NCBI GenBank assembly: GCA_037379555.1 | Contig: JARRJK010000013.1 | Location: 3,514 to 67,513 of the forward strand | DNA from: Anaerolineales bacterium | GTDB taxonomy: Bacteria; Chloroflexota; Anaerolineae; Anaerolineales; E44-bin32 | Direction: 5' to 3' | DNA: 64,000 nucleotides | Shown here: piece after piece, positions 23,445 through 33,191 of the stretch | Layout of the letters: each line of letters starts with the position of its first letter | Numbering within the stretch: the first letter of the stretch is position 1 | Translations under genes and position numbers: made by a program | Notes under the pieces: generated by a model | What the model was told of the DNA's origin: nothing | The model's input: the letters and a program-made list of their open reading frames with translations, nothing else | Databases searched by the model: none

Positions 23445-23720
23445 CTACTTCCGAAGCCCGAAACGGCGCACCAGCCAGGAGGTCAGGCGTTCGAGCAGTA
23501 CCCCCTGAATGACGATGGCGGCGAGCGCGGCTGCTGCATAGGGGAGCGGCGCTTCCTGGTAGAGATCTGCCAGATACCGTTCCGCCACGCGCAGTATCAG
23601 CAGGTAATAGGCAATCACCAGGGGCGTGTAAATCGCTAACTCCGCCAGCAGGCTGCGAAGCAGTGGCTGGAGTGAAGGATCGCCTACAGGGAAGCGCTTT
23701 TCCCCGTCACCCTTGGGCAT
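23445..23720 (-). CDS. Small two-TM membrane protein, unknown function
   Basis: 91-aa ORF separated from the TauE gene by a 2-nt gap. Confidence 0.4.
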   Translation of the reverse strand: MPKGDGEKRFPVGDPSLQPLLRSLLAELAIYTPLVIAYYLLILRVAERYLADLYQEAPLPYAAAALAAIVIQGVLLERLTSWLVRRFGLRK

Positions 23721-23865
23721 CTCAATTACCTCCGGAGAGCACGCTGTTTGCTAGTCGGCAGTTTCTGGAGTGCGCTCATTATACGCGATCTACTTCCGCA
23801 GGGTGCTTCAGCATCTCAAGCTTTGTCGGACCACCCGGTGCAGAAAGCATGTTAAACTGCTGACG

Positions 23866-26235
23866 ATGGATGGGAAGTCGATTCAGAAGCTTGAGCTGCC
23901 GCTCATTCTTGAGCGTTTGTCCAGCTTTGGGGCATTTTCAGCCTCCAAGGCGCTGGCGCGCGATCTTCAGCCGGTTGTGGATCCTGAGCAAATCGGGCGT
24001 CGCCTGCAGGAGACGACCGAAGCACGCTTGCTGCTGAGCATTGCAGATGATGCCAGCGTGGGTGGAGCACATGATATTCGCACGGAGGTCGGGGCGGCCG
24101 AGCGGGGGGCGGTGCTCGAACCCGGCCAGCTGCAGGATATCAAGCATACGCTCATTTCAGCCCGCACACTGCGACGGCGGTTCGAGAAGGATGAGGATTA
24201 CCCTGCCCTGACCGAGATCGCGCTCAGGCTTGAACCGGCGGAGGGCTTGATCGATCAGATCAGCGCTACGGTGGACGAGCGCGGCCAGGTGCCGGATCAG
24301 GCTTCACAGACGCTGGCTTCGATTCGTGCTGAACAGCGCGTCGCACACGATCGCCTGATAGGTAAGCTGCAGAACCTGATCGCCGATTCGAGCATCGCCT
24401 CGATGCTGCAAGAACCGATCATCACACAGCGCGATGGGCGGTTCGTCGTCCCGCTGCGCGCAGAATTCAAGGGCCGGATCAAAGCCGTGGTCCACGATCA
24501 ATCCTCCTCCGGCGCAACGCTCTTCGTTGAACCGCTGCAGGTGGTCGAACTCAACAACCGGGTGCGCGAACTGGAGCTCGCCGAGCGGGATGAGGTGCGC
24601 CGATTGCTGGCGGCTGTCTCCGCGCAAATCGCGGACCATTCCGAATCAATTCGATCGACGGTTGAAGCGCTGGCGGAACTCGACCTGGCCTTTGCCAAGG
24701 CGCGCTATGCCAACACGCTCGACGCTGAGGAGCCGATGCTTGCGCCATTCCGGGAGCAGGACTCTCATCCTGGATCCACCCTGCGCTTTATCCAGGCTCG
24801 ACACCCGTTGCTTGATCCCAGGCAGGTCGTGCCGGTCGATCTCGTACTCGATGACGAGACCTACGCGCTGGTCATCACCGGACCCAACACCGGTGGCAAG
24901 ACGGTGGCACTGAAGACGGCCGGGCTGCTGGTCCTGATGGCCGAATGCGGGCTGCATCTGCCGGTCGAATCGGGCTCGAGTTTTTCACCGTTCGAAGACA
25001 TCTTCGCCGATATCGGGGACGAACAATCGATCGAGCAGTCGCTCTCAACATTCTCGGCGCACATCTCGAACATCATCCGCATTCTGGACTGTGCTGGAGT
25101 GCATTCGCTCGTCCTGCTGGATGAGCTTGGCGCGGGCACCGATCCGCAGGAGGGCGCCGCGTTGGCCCAGGCGCTGCTGGAGGCATTCCTCGAGCGGCGC
25201 TGCACGACGCTTGTCGCGACTCACTATTCGGCTTTGAAGCTCTTCGCTCACAACGCTCCAGGAGTGAGCAACGCCAGCGTCGAGTTCGACCTGGAAAGCC
25301 TGCAACCAACTTATCATCTTGCGGTCGGTCTTCCTGGTCGTTCGAATGCGCTGGCTATCGCCAGCCGGCTGGGTCTCGAGCAGCCGATCATCGAGCGTGC
25401 CCGGACGATGGTGGCGCCAGAGGAGCTTCAAGCGGAAACGCTGCTGAATGAGATCTACACTCAGCGTGACCAGGCGCGGGAAGCTCGGGGCCAGGCCGAG
25501 GAAGCCCGCAAACGGGCCTATGCCAAAGGCCGCGAGCTCGATCAGCGCCTGGAGGGGATCGAAGATGAGCGGTTGCACATCCTGAGGGATGCGCGCGCTG
25601 AAGCGCAAGCGGAACTCGAGCAGCTGCAGGATGAGATCGCCGGGTTGCGGCGCCGACTGGCTATCGCCGGGCAGCCGCTGGACGCGCTCGGAGTGCTGGA
25701 GCAGGAAGCCGGGGCGTTTGCCGACCAGGTCAGCGAGCCGGTTGTGCGCGCAGCTCCCGAAAAGCCAGCCGAGCGTCGACCGCTGCGCCTGGGAGACCGT
25801 GTGTATCTCTCCCCGATTAACGCTGAAGGGGTGATCACGGGTTTGAGCGAGGACCAGGCGGAGGTTCAGGTCGGGAGGCTGCGGGTGCGAGCGCGCCAGG
25901 ATGAGATTCGCCTGCGTGGCGAAGCGCAAACGGAAGAGCGTGCACAGCCCGAGCCCACGCGCGCGGCTCCAGTTCCCGACAGAGTCCCGCCGCTCGAACT
26001 CGATTTGCGCGGCCGAACAGGCGAGGAAGCCCTGGAAGAGTTGGAGCGCCGCCTGGATGCAGCCTATCTTTCGGGCATGCCCTATGTACGGGTGATCCAT
26101 GGCAAGGGCACTGGCAAGCTGCGTCAGGTGATCCGGGATTGGCTGCGGACCAATCACTACGTTGAGTCCTTCGAGGCAGGCACGCCGGCTGAGGGGGGCG
26201 ACGGTGTGACCGTGATCCGGCTGAAGTCCGGGTAG
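23866..26235 (+). CDS. mutS2: Endonuclease MutS2 (MutS-like ATPase with C-terminal Smr domain)
   Basis: Walker A ITGPNTGGKTV, LLDELGAGTDP, and a C-terminal Smr region LDLRGRTGEEALEELERRLD...VIHGKGTGKLR. Start at MDGKSIQKLE. Confidence 0.9.
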   Translation: MDGKSIQKLELPLILERLSSFGAFSASKALARDLQPVVDPEQIGRRLQETTEARLLLSIADDASVGGAHDIRTEVGAAERGAVLEPGQLQDIKHTLISARTLRRRFEKDEDYPALTEIALRLEPAEGLIDQISATVDERGQVPDQASQTLASIRAEQRVAHDRLIGKLQNLIADSSIASMLQEPIITQRDGRFVVPLRAEFKGRIKAVVHDQSSSGATLFVEPLQVVELNNRVRELELAERDEVRRLLAAVSAQIADHSESIRSTVEALAELDLAFAKARYANTLDAEEPMLAPFREQDSHPGSTLRFIQARHPLLDPRQVVPVDLVLDDETYALVITGPNTGGKTVALKTAGLLVLMAECGLHLPVESGSSFSPFEDIFADIGDEQSIEQSLSTFSAHISNIIRILDCAGVHSLVLLDELGAGTDPQEGAALAQALLEAFLERRCTTLVATHYSALKLFAHNAPGVSNASVEFDLESLQPTYHLAVGLPGRSNALAIASRLGLEQPIIERARTMVAPEELQAETLLNEIYTQRDQAREARGQAEEARKRAYAKGRELDQRLEGIEDERLHILRDARAEAQAELEQLQDEIAGLRRRLAIAGQPLDALGVLEQEAGAFADQVSEPVVRAAPEKPAERRPLRLGDRVYLSPINAEGVITGLSEDQAEVQVGRLRVRARQDEIRLRGEAQTEERAQPEPTRAAPVPDRVPPLELDLRGRTGEEALEELERRLDAAYLSGMPYVRVIHGKGTGKLRQVIRDWLRTNHYVESFEAGTPAEGGDGVTVIRLKSG

Positions 26236-26373
26236 CACCCCGGCAGGGAGCTGAGCAGGATCACCGCCGTTCATCTTTGCCAGCGGATGCGATTCAAATT
26301 CAATCTGTCTTCCGGCGGCGGGTTGTTGGTCTTGATGATCACGTGTGGTGATCACACACGAGGGGAGCTTGCT

Positions 26374-26721
26374 ATGAATCCACTGGTTGAATCCTTGGGC
26401 CCGGTGTTCATCGCCGGTTTCGCGCTGCAGCAGTTGCTTGAGCTGCTGGATCCGATCCTCGACCGGGTGCTCAAGTCCCAAAAGGATTGGTTGATGAGCG
26501 GGCTGGCCTTCTTCCTCGGGCTGGGGATCACGCTTGTGCTCGGACTGCGCGTGCTCGCTCCGTTCGGCCTGACGCGTGCGGGCTGGCTGGATGCGCTGCT
26601 GACGGCGCTGCTCATTTCGAGCGGCACCAAGTGGCTGAACGACCTGCTGAAGATCATCAGCTACAAGAAACAGGAGCTGAAAGCGCGCGCAGCACTTCGG
26701 GAGGCCGAGGTTAAGAAGTGA
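26374..26721 (+). CDS. Small membrane protein, unknown function
   Basis: ATG at 26374 with GAGGGGA upstream. 3 predicted TM helices and a basic C-terminus. Confidence 0.45.
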   Translation: MNPLVESLGPVFIAGFALQQLLELLDPILDRVLKSQKDWLMSGLAFFLGLGITLVLGLRVLAPFGLTRAGWLDALLTALLISSGTKWLNDLLKIISYKKQELKARAALREAEVKK

Positions 26722-26727
26722 GCGTTT

Positions 26728-27309
26728 ATGCGGGAACGGGATGCAATGGCTGAAGTTATTCGGTGCTTTGGCACTGGCGATCCACTGATGGAGCAGTACC
26801 ACGACGAAGAGTGGGGCGTGCCGGTCTACGATGATCAGCAGCTCTTTGAAAAGTTGCTGCTGGATGGCTTCCAGGCCGGCTTGTCCTGGCGCACGGTGCT
26901 CCACAAACGCGAGAACTTCCGTCAGGCTTTCGACGGCTTCAATCCAGAACGTATGGCGCGCTATGGTGAGCGGGACCGCGAACGACTGCTTTCAAACGCT
27001 GGCATCATTCGCAACCGCCTCAAGATTGATGCTGCCATTATCAACGCCCGCGTCTACCTTAATTTGCGGGAGGAGCAGGGATCGTTCTCCGATTTCATCT
27101 GGTCTTTCACGGATGGCCGCACGTTAAAAAACGCTCCGCACACATGGGAAGACGTGCCCAGTTCCACGCCCGAATCCGACGCCATGTCCAAGGCTTTGAA
27201 GGCACTCGGCTTTAAATTCGTTGGGACGACGATCTGCTACGCCTTTATGCAGGCGGTCGGCATCGTAGATGACCATCTGCGTTCGTGTCATCGTTTTGCC
27301 GGTGGCTGA
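26728..27309 (+). CDS. tag: DNA-3-methyladenine glycosylase I
   Basis: YHDEEWGVPVYDDQQLFEKLLLDGFQAGLSWRTVLHKRENF is the Tag signature region. The start may instead be ATG 26746. Confidence 0.85.
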   Translation: MRERDAMAEVIRCFGTGDPLMEQYHDEEWGVPVYDDQQLFEKLLLDGFQAGLSWRTVLHKRENFRQAFDGFNPERMARYGERDRERLLSNAGIIRNRLKIDAAIINARVYLNLREEQGSFSDFIWSFTDGRTLKNAPHTWEDVPSSTPESDAMSKALKALGFKFVGTTICYAFMQAVGIVDDHLRSCHRFAGG

Positions 27310-27341
27310 TGGGGGAGCAAACGCTTTAAGCAAAGCGTCTC

Positions 27342-27369
27342 TTGACAGCGTCGATCTTTGGCCTAAAAT
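27342..27369 (+). promoter_or_regulatory. Sigma70-type promoter of the pyr operon (TTGACA-N16-TAAAAT)
   Basis: -35 TTGACA at 27342..27347 and -10 TAAAAT at 27364..27369, about 140 nt upstream of pyrC. Confidence 0.5.
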
Positions 27370-27471
27370 GTCCAAGAATACACCATGCCGGATATGAACC
27401 ATGCCTTGTCTCACCCAGCTGCCTGTCCTGAGGCCGGAGCCTCGCGACGGGCATTTTTTACTTCTGAACCC

Positions 27472-27495
27472 GGAGCCGAAAGGCTCTCTTTTTTT
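27472..27495 (+). terminator. Leader hairpin plus U-tract (candidate pyrimidine-responsive attenuator)
   Basis: GGAGCC-GAAA-GGCTC followed by TCTTTTTTT, ending 15 nt before the pyrC start. A second U-run (GGGCATTTTTT) lies at 27449..27459. Confidence 0.45.
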
Positions 27496-27509
27496 GTCTG
27501 CTCGCAGGA

Positions 27510-28583
27510 GTGGCGATGATTCAGCTGCCGGGATTGATCGATCCGCATGTGCATCTGCGCGATCCGGGCGCGACACATAAGGAGGATTTCAACAGCGGCA
27601 CCAAAGCCGCCCTGGCGGGCGGATTCACGGTTGTGCTTACGATGCCCAATACCTCTCCACCGCTGACCGACCCCGCCAGTCTGGAGTTGGCGGAACAAGC
27701 GGGGGCAGCCAGAGCGCGTTGTGACTACGGTATTTTCCTTGGAGCAGGAGTGGGTAATACTGGACAGGCCTTCAGGCTTGCCGGGCGCACCTGCGGCCTC
27801 AAGCTCTACCTCGACCAGACCTACGGCCCGCTGCGGATTGAATCGCTTGAGCAGATGGAAGCACACCTGAATGCCTGGCCAAAGTCAAAGCCCATTGCGG
27901 CCCATGCGGAGAGGCGCAGCCTGGCTGCGTTGCTGCTCCTGGCCGGCTTGCAAGACAGATCGGTGCACATTTGCCACGTCAGCCGCAGAGAAGAAATCCT
28001 GCTCATCCGCAAGGCGAAGGAGCAGGGTTTCCGGGTCACCTGTGAGGTTACGCCGCATCACCTGACGCTTACCGAGGACGATTTGCCGCATCTCGGACCC
28101 GGACGAGGGGAGGTGCGGCCGCGCCTTGCGACCCGCCGCGACCGGGAAGCACTGTGGGAAAACATGGATGTGATTGACGTAATCGCTACAGATCACGCGC
28201 CCCATACGCTGGCGGAGAAAGACGGCGAAAATCCGCCGCCCGGTTTCCCAGGACTCGAGACCTCACTGGCGATCATGTTGACAGCCGTCAGTGAAGGTCG
28301 AATGACGCTGGAGGCGTTAATCGAGCGCATGCACACCAACCCGGCGCGCATCTTCGGCGTGCCAGCGCAGCCCGACACATACATACTCATCGATCCCGAC
28401 GCGCGATGGACCGTGCAGGCAGCGGGGCTTTTCAGCCGCTGCGGCTGGACGCCGTTCGAGGGCTTGCAGTTGCGAGGGCGTGTCCGTGAGGTCCGGCTGC
28501 GCGGGGAAACCGCTTACAGTGATCGCCAAGTGTTATCCAGCCAGGGGAAAGGCAGGAACCTCTTCAATCCAGTGGAAACCTAG
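27510..28583 (+). CDS. pyrC: Dihydroorotase
   Basis: GLIDPHVHLRDPG (HxH metal site), GLKLYL (candidate carbamylated Lys), VIATDHAPH. Confidence 0.85.
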   Translation: MAMIQLPGLIDPHVHLRDPGATHKEDFNSGTKAALAGGFTVVLTMPNTSPPLTDPASLELAEQAGAARARCDYGIFLGAGVGNTGQAFRLAGRTCGLKLYLDQTYGPLRIESLEQMEAHLNAWPKSKPIAAHAERRSLAALLLLAGLQDRSVHICHVSRREEILLIRKAKEQGFRVTCEVTPHHLTLTEDDLPHLGPGRGEVRPRLATRRDREALWENMDVIDVIATDHAPHTLAEKDGENPPPGFPGLETSLAIMLTAVSEGRMTLEALIERMHTNPARIFGVPAQPDTYILIDPDARWTVQAAGLFSRCGWTPFEGLQLRGRVREVRLRGETAYSDRQVLSSQGKGRNLFNPVET

Positions 28584-28604
28584 GAGATATTCAAGGAGAG
28601 AGAT

Positions 28605-29603
28605 ATGGCCACATTTGTTCCACCCACAGAACGCAACACGCCCAGTCCGCACCTGCCGCTTGGGGATCACCGCACGGCTCCATTCTACGGGCACGACATC
28701 CTGTCTGTTTCCCAGTTCAACCGGGATGATCTCGAATATATATTTGGCGTGGCGAAGGAAATGCGGGCGATGGTCGAACGCATCGGGACCTTCGACCTGC
28801 TGAAGGGGAAGATCCTGGCCAACCTGTTCTATGAACCCTCCACCCGCACATCGTCCTCGTTCACCGCCGCGATGGAGCGCCTGGGGGGCAGCGTGATCCC
28901 GATCAACGAAGTGCATTATTCATCCGTGGCAAAGGGCGAATCGCTGCCCGATACGATCCGCACGCTGGAATGTTATGCTGATGTCATCGTGCTGCGCCAC
29001 CCGGAAGTGGGATCGGCCAAGCTGGCTGCCGACTACGCGCGTAAGCCGATCATCAATGGGGGCGATGGGACCGGCGAGCATCCGACCCAGGCGCTGCTCG
29101 ACCTGTTCACGATCATGGAAGAGTTGGGCGAGGTGGATGGATTGACAGTCACGATGCTTGGCGACCTGAAATACGGCCGGACGGTCCATTCGCTCGCCCG
29201 GCTGCTGTCGCTGTATGACGTGCAGCTGCGCTATGTCGCACCGGATATCTTGGCGATGCCGCCCGGGCTGATGGCTGAGCTGGAGGCGAAGAACCTCCCA
29301 CAAGCTTCATATACGACGCTTGAACCGGTGCTGGCTGAAACCGATGTACTCTACGTCACACGCGTGCAGAAGGAGCGCTTTGAGGACCTGGAGCAATATG
29401 AGAACGTGAAGGGCTCGTATGTCATCAGCCCGGAAACGATGAAGGGCGCCAAGGACGAAATGATCGTGATGCACCCGCTGCCGCGTGTGGGCGAGATCAG
29501 CATGGAGCTCGACTCAGATCCGCGCGCCGCATACTTCCGCCAGATGGAATATGGCCTCTACCTGCGTATGGCGCTGCTGGCGATGGTTCTAGGCAAGGCA
29601 TGA
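28605..29603 (+). CDS. pyrB: Aspartate carbamoyltransferase catalytic subunit
   Basis: [27 protein letters not shown]. Confidence 0.9.
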   Translation: MATFVPPTERNTPSPHLPLGDHRTAPFYGHDILSVSQFNRDDLEYIFGVAKEMRAMVERIGTFDLLKGKILANLFYEPSTRTSSSFTAAMERLGGSVIPINEVHYSSVAKGESLPDTIRTLECYADVIVLRHPEVGSAKLAADYARKPIINGGDGTGEHPTQALLDLFTIMEELGEVDGLTVTMLGDLKYGRTVHSLARLLSLYDVQLRYVAPDILAMPPGLMAELEAKNLPQASYTTLEPVLAETDVLYVTRVQKERFEDLEQYENVKGSYVISPETMKGAKDEMIVMHPLPRVGEISMELDSDPRAAYFRQMEYGLYLRMALLAMVLGKA

Positions 29604-31003
29604 GCTTCTTTCAACGGCTTCAGAGACGCGTCGACCAGGCCGAGTCGCTGCTTTGCGTTGGACTCGACCCGCATCCGCAGTTACTGCCTGGGACCAGCCC
29701 GGCCGCAGCAGAGGCGTTCTGCCTGGGATTGATCGAAGCGACGGCTGAATATGCCTGCGCTTTCAAACCGAACGCGGCCTTTTTCGAGGTCTACGGTGGG
29801 CCGGGCTGGGAGGCGCTGGCGCGGGTCATCCGGGCTGTTCCGCAGGGGATCCCTGTCATCCTGGATGCCAAACGCGGCGATATCGCCTCCACTTCCAAAG
29901 CCTACGCGCAGGCTGCCTTCGAAGCCCTCGGCGCCGATGCGATCACGCTTAGCCCTTATCTCGGGCGCGATTCCATCGAGCCATTCATCGAGGATCCGGA
30001 GAAAGGTGCCTTCCTGCTGTGCAAGACGTCCAACCCTGGAGCCGGCGACCTGCAGTCGCTGATCGCCACAGGGGATCGTGAACTGTACCGGGTCGTCTGC
30101 CGTCTGGCGCGGATATGGAATACGAGCGACAACATCGGGCTCGTGGTCGGTGCAACCGACCCGGGTGCAGTGGCGCAGATTCGATCGGATGCCCCGGAGA
30201 TGTGGCTGCTCGCGCCCGGGGTCGGTGCGCAGGGCGGGGATCTGCAGCGCGCGCTGGAAGCAGGTTTGAGAGAAGATGGAAGTGGCATGATCATTCCGGT
30301 TTCGCGTGCGATCGCGACAGCCGGCGACCCGCGGGAGGCGGCAAGTGATCTGCGGGCGGCGATTAACACGCAGCGTGCAGCGCGGCCAGCAAGCAGCCGG
30401 GATGCAGTTGATGCCAGAGGCAGTCTTGCGGATGCGCTGTTCGAAGCCGGTTGTGTGCGCTTCGGCAGATTCACTCTGAAGTCGGGTCTTGAATCCCCGG
30501 TCTACTTTGATCTCCGGCGCCTGGTATCACACCCGGAGCTGCTCAATCAGGTCGCGCATGCCTATCTTCCATTGCTGGCTGGACTTTCCTTCGACCGGAT
30601 AGGGGCATTGCCTTACGCCGCACTGCCAATCGCGACTGCGATCTCGCTCGCCGGCGGCTGGCCGATGGTCTACCCTCGTAAGGAGGTCAAGGACTACGGC
30701 ACACGGGCGGAGGTGGAAGGCGAATTCAGCTCCGGCGAGACGGTCGCGTTGATCGACGATCTGGCGACCACTGGCGGGAGCAAGCTGGAAGCGATCGAGC
30801 GGCTGGAGGCGGTGGGTCTGCGCGTGCAGGATGTGGTTATCTTGATCGACCGGGAAGGCGGAGCGCGCGAGCAACTCAGCCGGCAGGGGGTGGAAATGCA
30901 TGCCGTGCTTCAACTGCGTTGGATGATCGACCGCTGGGAGCGGCTGGGCAGGGTTTCTACCGCGGACTGCGACGCTGTAAGGCAGTTTCTGGCTGGGACG
31001 TAG
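29600..31003 (+). CDS. pyrF-pyrE: Fused orotidine-5'-phosphate decarboxylase (N-terminal) / orotate phosphoribosyltransferase (C-terminal)
   Basis: N-terminal half: LCVGLDPHP and [12 protein letters not shown] (type 2 ODCase). C-terminal half: [16 protein letters not shown] and [14 protein letters not shown] (PRPP-binding loop). One 467-aa ORF. Confidence 0.85.
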   Translation: MSFFQRLQRRVDQAESLLCVGLDPHPQLLPGTSPAAAEAFCLGLIEATAEYACAFKPNAAFFEVYGGPGWEALARVIRAVPQGIPVILDAKRGDIASTSKAYAQAAFEALGADAITLSPYLGRDSIEPFIEDPEKGAFLLCKTSNPGAGDLQSLIATGDRELYRVVCRLARIWNTSDNIGLVVGATDPGAVAQIRSDAPEMWLLAPGVGAQGGDLQRALEAGLREDGSGMIIPVSRAIATAGDPREAASDLRAAINTQRAARPASSRDAVDARGSLADALFEAGCVRFGRFTLKSGLESPVYFDLRRLVSHPELLNQVAHAYLPLLAGLSFDRIGALPYAALPIATAISLAGGWPMVYPRKEVKDYGTRAEVEGEFSSGETVALIDDLATTGGSKLEAIERLEAVGLRVQDVVILIDREGGAREQLSRQGVEMHAVLQLRWMIDRWERLGRVSTADCDAVRQFLAGT

Positions 31004-31066
31004 AGCATGCTCCAAGCCTATTAATGTGAAGATCCGTGCAGGAATCGACTGAACCCAATTGCCATC

Positions 31067-31996
31067 ATGAATGAGCGAGCCAACGACCAGCACCGGAGCG
31101 TTCTCCAGGCGCTCTTCGTTACGCTACTCTGGTCCAGTTCATGGGTGCTGATCAAGTGGGGTTTGGCTGATATTCCGCCGCTGACATTTGCGGCGTTGCG
31201 CTATTCGCTCGCCGCGGCGTTGTTGCTCGCGTGGTTCGGCTTTCGCTACCGCACACGGTTGCGCTCGATTGGACGGTCCATGCGATCCCGCCTGGTGCTG
31301 CTTGGGATCTTCTACTATGCCCTGGCCCAGGGTTCCTTATTCGTTGCCCTGGACAACTTACCAGCGGTAACTGTCAATTTGATTCTCAGTTTCACCTCCG
31401 TCATCGTGGGACTGGCTGCTGTGCCGCTGCTGAATGAGCCGTTCACGCGCAGGCAGGTTGGCGGTGTTGGGCTGGCAGTAGCTGGCGCATGCACTTATTT
31501 CTTTGCGAGTGCCCCGACTGGTACGAGGGCAAGCCTGGTGGGTTTTTCGGCGGCAGTTCTTGGATTGCTCTCGAACGCAACGGCAGTCCTGCTGGGCCGC
31601 TCCGTCAACCGGGAGGGCACGCTTGAACCAGGCGGGGTGACCGCGATCAGCATGAGCATCGGGGCAGCGATCATGCTGGCCGTGGCCATGCCCGTGAGCG
31701 GTTTGCCCCCGCTGAGCGCGAAGAACTGGTTCTTCATCATATGGCTGGCCGTGGTGAACACTGCTTTCGCCTTCACGCTCTGGAACCACACGCTGCGGAC
31801 ACTGAGTGCACTTGAGTCGAGCATGATCAACAGCAGCATGATGATTCAGATTCCGATCCTGGCCTTGATCTTCCTCGGTGAGTCTCTGGATGCAGCACAG
31901 GTGCTGGGACTGGCGCTCACGGTCTGCGGCATTTACCTCGTGCAGCGCTGGAGCAAGGCCGGACGGCCGGAACAAGCGCCGCAGATGGGCCGATGA
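31067..31996 (+). CDS. EamA/DMT-family transporter
   Basis: 309 aa with 10 predicted TM helices in two EamA-like halves. ATGA overlap with pyrD. Confidence 0.8.
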   Translation: MNERANDQHRSVLQALFVTLLWSSSWVLIKWGLADIPPLTFAALRYSLAAALLLAWFGFRYRTRLRSIGRSMRSRLVLLGIFYYALAQGSLFVALDNLPAVTVNLILSFTSVIVGLAAVPLLNEPFTRRQVGGVGLAVAGACTYFFASAPTGTRASLVGFSAAVLGLLSNATAVLLGRSVNREGTLEPGGVTAISMSIGAAIMLAVAMPVSGLPPLSAKNWFFIIWLAVVNTAFAFTLWNHTLRTLSALESSMINSSMMIQIPILALIFLGESLDAAQVLGLALTVCGIYLVQRWSKAGRPEQAPQMGR

Positions 31997-33027
31997 CTTT
32001 CTACCCCCGCGTCTTGCGCCCGCTGCTCTTCCGTCTCGAGCCAGAGCGAGCCCACGCGCTGACGCTGCGGGTCTTGCAGCTTGCGGGCGCGGTTCCGGGC
32101 GCGCTCGTTTTGCTGCGAGCAATCTACCGTGCGCCGGATCGCCCAGTGCGGATTTTCGGTTTGAATTTCTCAAACCCGATCGGTTTGGCTGCCGGTTACG
32201 ACAAGGATGGACTGGCCGTGGGTGGGCTGGCTTGCCTGGGCTTCGGCCACCTCGAGGTCGGCACGGTGACCCCTGAGCCGCAAGCTGGGAACCCCCGCCC
32301 GCGTGTGTTCCGGCTTCCATCAGATCAGGCCTTGATCAACCGCATGGGATTTCCCAACGACGGTGCGGAGGCGCTCCTCGAAGGCCTGCGGCGTCATGTC
32401 CGGCGTGATTTCATCCTTGGTGTCAACATCGGCAAGGGCATGGCAACTCCGCTGGAGGGGGCGGCTGACGATTATCTGCACCTGCTTGACATGTTCTACG
32501 ACAGCGCCGATTACCTGGCTGTGAATGTGTCCTCCCCCAATACCATTGGACTGCGGCGGCTGCAGGCGCGCGAGGCGCTTAACTCGCTCCTGCGGTCGCT
32601 GGCGGATGCCCGCAACGCGCGAATCGAATCGGGTAGCCTGCGCAAACCACTGCTGGTCAAGCTGGCGCCTGACTTGAACACGGCGGAGCTGGACGATGCG
32701 CTTGATGCGATTACAGGCAACGGGTTCGACGGTGTGATCGCGACCAACACCACCGTTGATCGGGCAGGTCTGCGTGACGCACGCCGGGTCGAGGGTGGGG
32801 GATTGAGCGGTGCACCGCTGCGTGCCCGCTCGACCGCGATGGTTCGAGACATCCAGCGCATGACCTCTGGCAGGCTGCCGATTATCGCCACAGGGGGTGT
32901 CTTCACTGCAGCGGACGTCAGCGAAAAACTTGATGCCGGAGCCGCGCTGGTGCAGTTGTATACTGGGCTTGTCTACCGGGGCCCGGGCCTTGTGAAGTCG
33001 ATTCTGGTTTCGCTTGCGTCTGGATAG
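31993..33027 (+). CDS. pyrD: Dihydroorotate dehydrogenase (quinone), class 2
   Basis: NRMGFPNDG, VNIGK, SSPNT, GGLSG, ATGGV motifs. Confidence 0.9.
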   Translation: MTFYPRVLRPLLFRLEPERAHALTLRVLQLAGAVPGALVLLRAIYRAPDRPVRIFGLNFSNPIGLAAGYDKDGLAVGGLACLGFGHLEVGTVTPEPQAGNPRPRVFRLPSDQALINRMGFPNDGAEALLEGLRRHVRRDFILGVNIGKGMATPLEGAADDYLHLLDMFYDSADYLAVNVSSPNTIGLRRLQAREALNSLLRSLADARNARIESGSLRKPLLVKLAPDLNTAELDDALDAITGNGFDGVIATNTTVDRAGLRDARRVEGGGLSGAPLRARSTAMVRDIQRMTSGRLPIIATGGVFTAADVSEKLDAGAALVQLYTGLVYRGPGLVKSILVSLASG

Positions 33028-33191
33028 ACTTGCTCCGTACGCCACGTGCTTTATGGAAGTGCGTCATCATCCGCAGCGAAAGTTAGGTCCGGGCTACCAG
33101 TGAGTCAGTGGATAGAATCCGGCGTCGAGCGCGAGGTCGGGTTTGTCTGGTGAGAAAGCCTTAAGACTGCGTCGCCGGCGAGGGGGATCCG

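Noticed and set aside
26348-26355. Possible operator GTGTGGTGATCACACAC upstream of the small membrane gene
   Set aside because: Only the central 8 bp (GTGATCAC) are truly palindromic, and the flanks are offset by one base. The evidence is too weak.
25045-26904. 619-aa ORF on the minus strand, the longest unexplained ORF in the track
   Set aside because: It lies almost entirely antisense to mutS2, which has unmistakable Walker A and Smr motifs. Its sequence is rich in R, Q, L and P with no recognisable domain. This is a typical shadow ORF of GC-rich DNA, where antisense frames lack stop codons.
27370-27509. PyrR-binding anti-antiterminator in the pyr leader
   Set aside because: The only vaguely similar stretch (GTCCAAGAATAC) does not match the conserved PyrR loop (..UCCAGAGAGG..). 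No pyrR gene is in the window.
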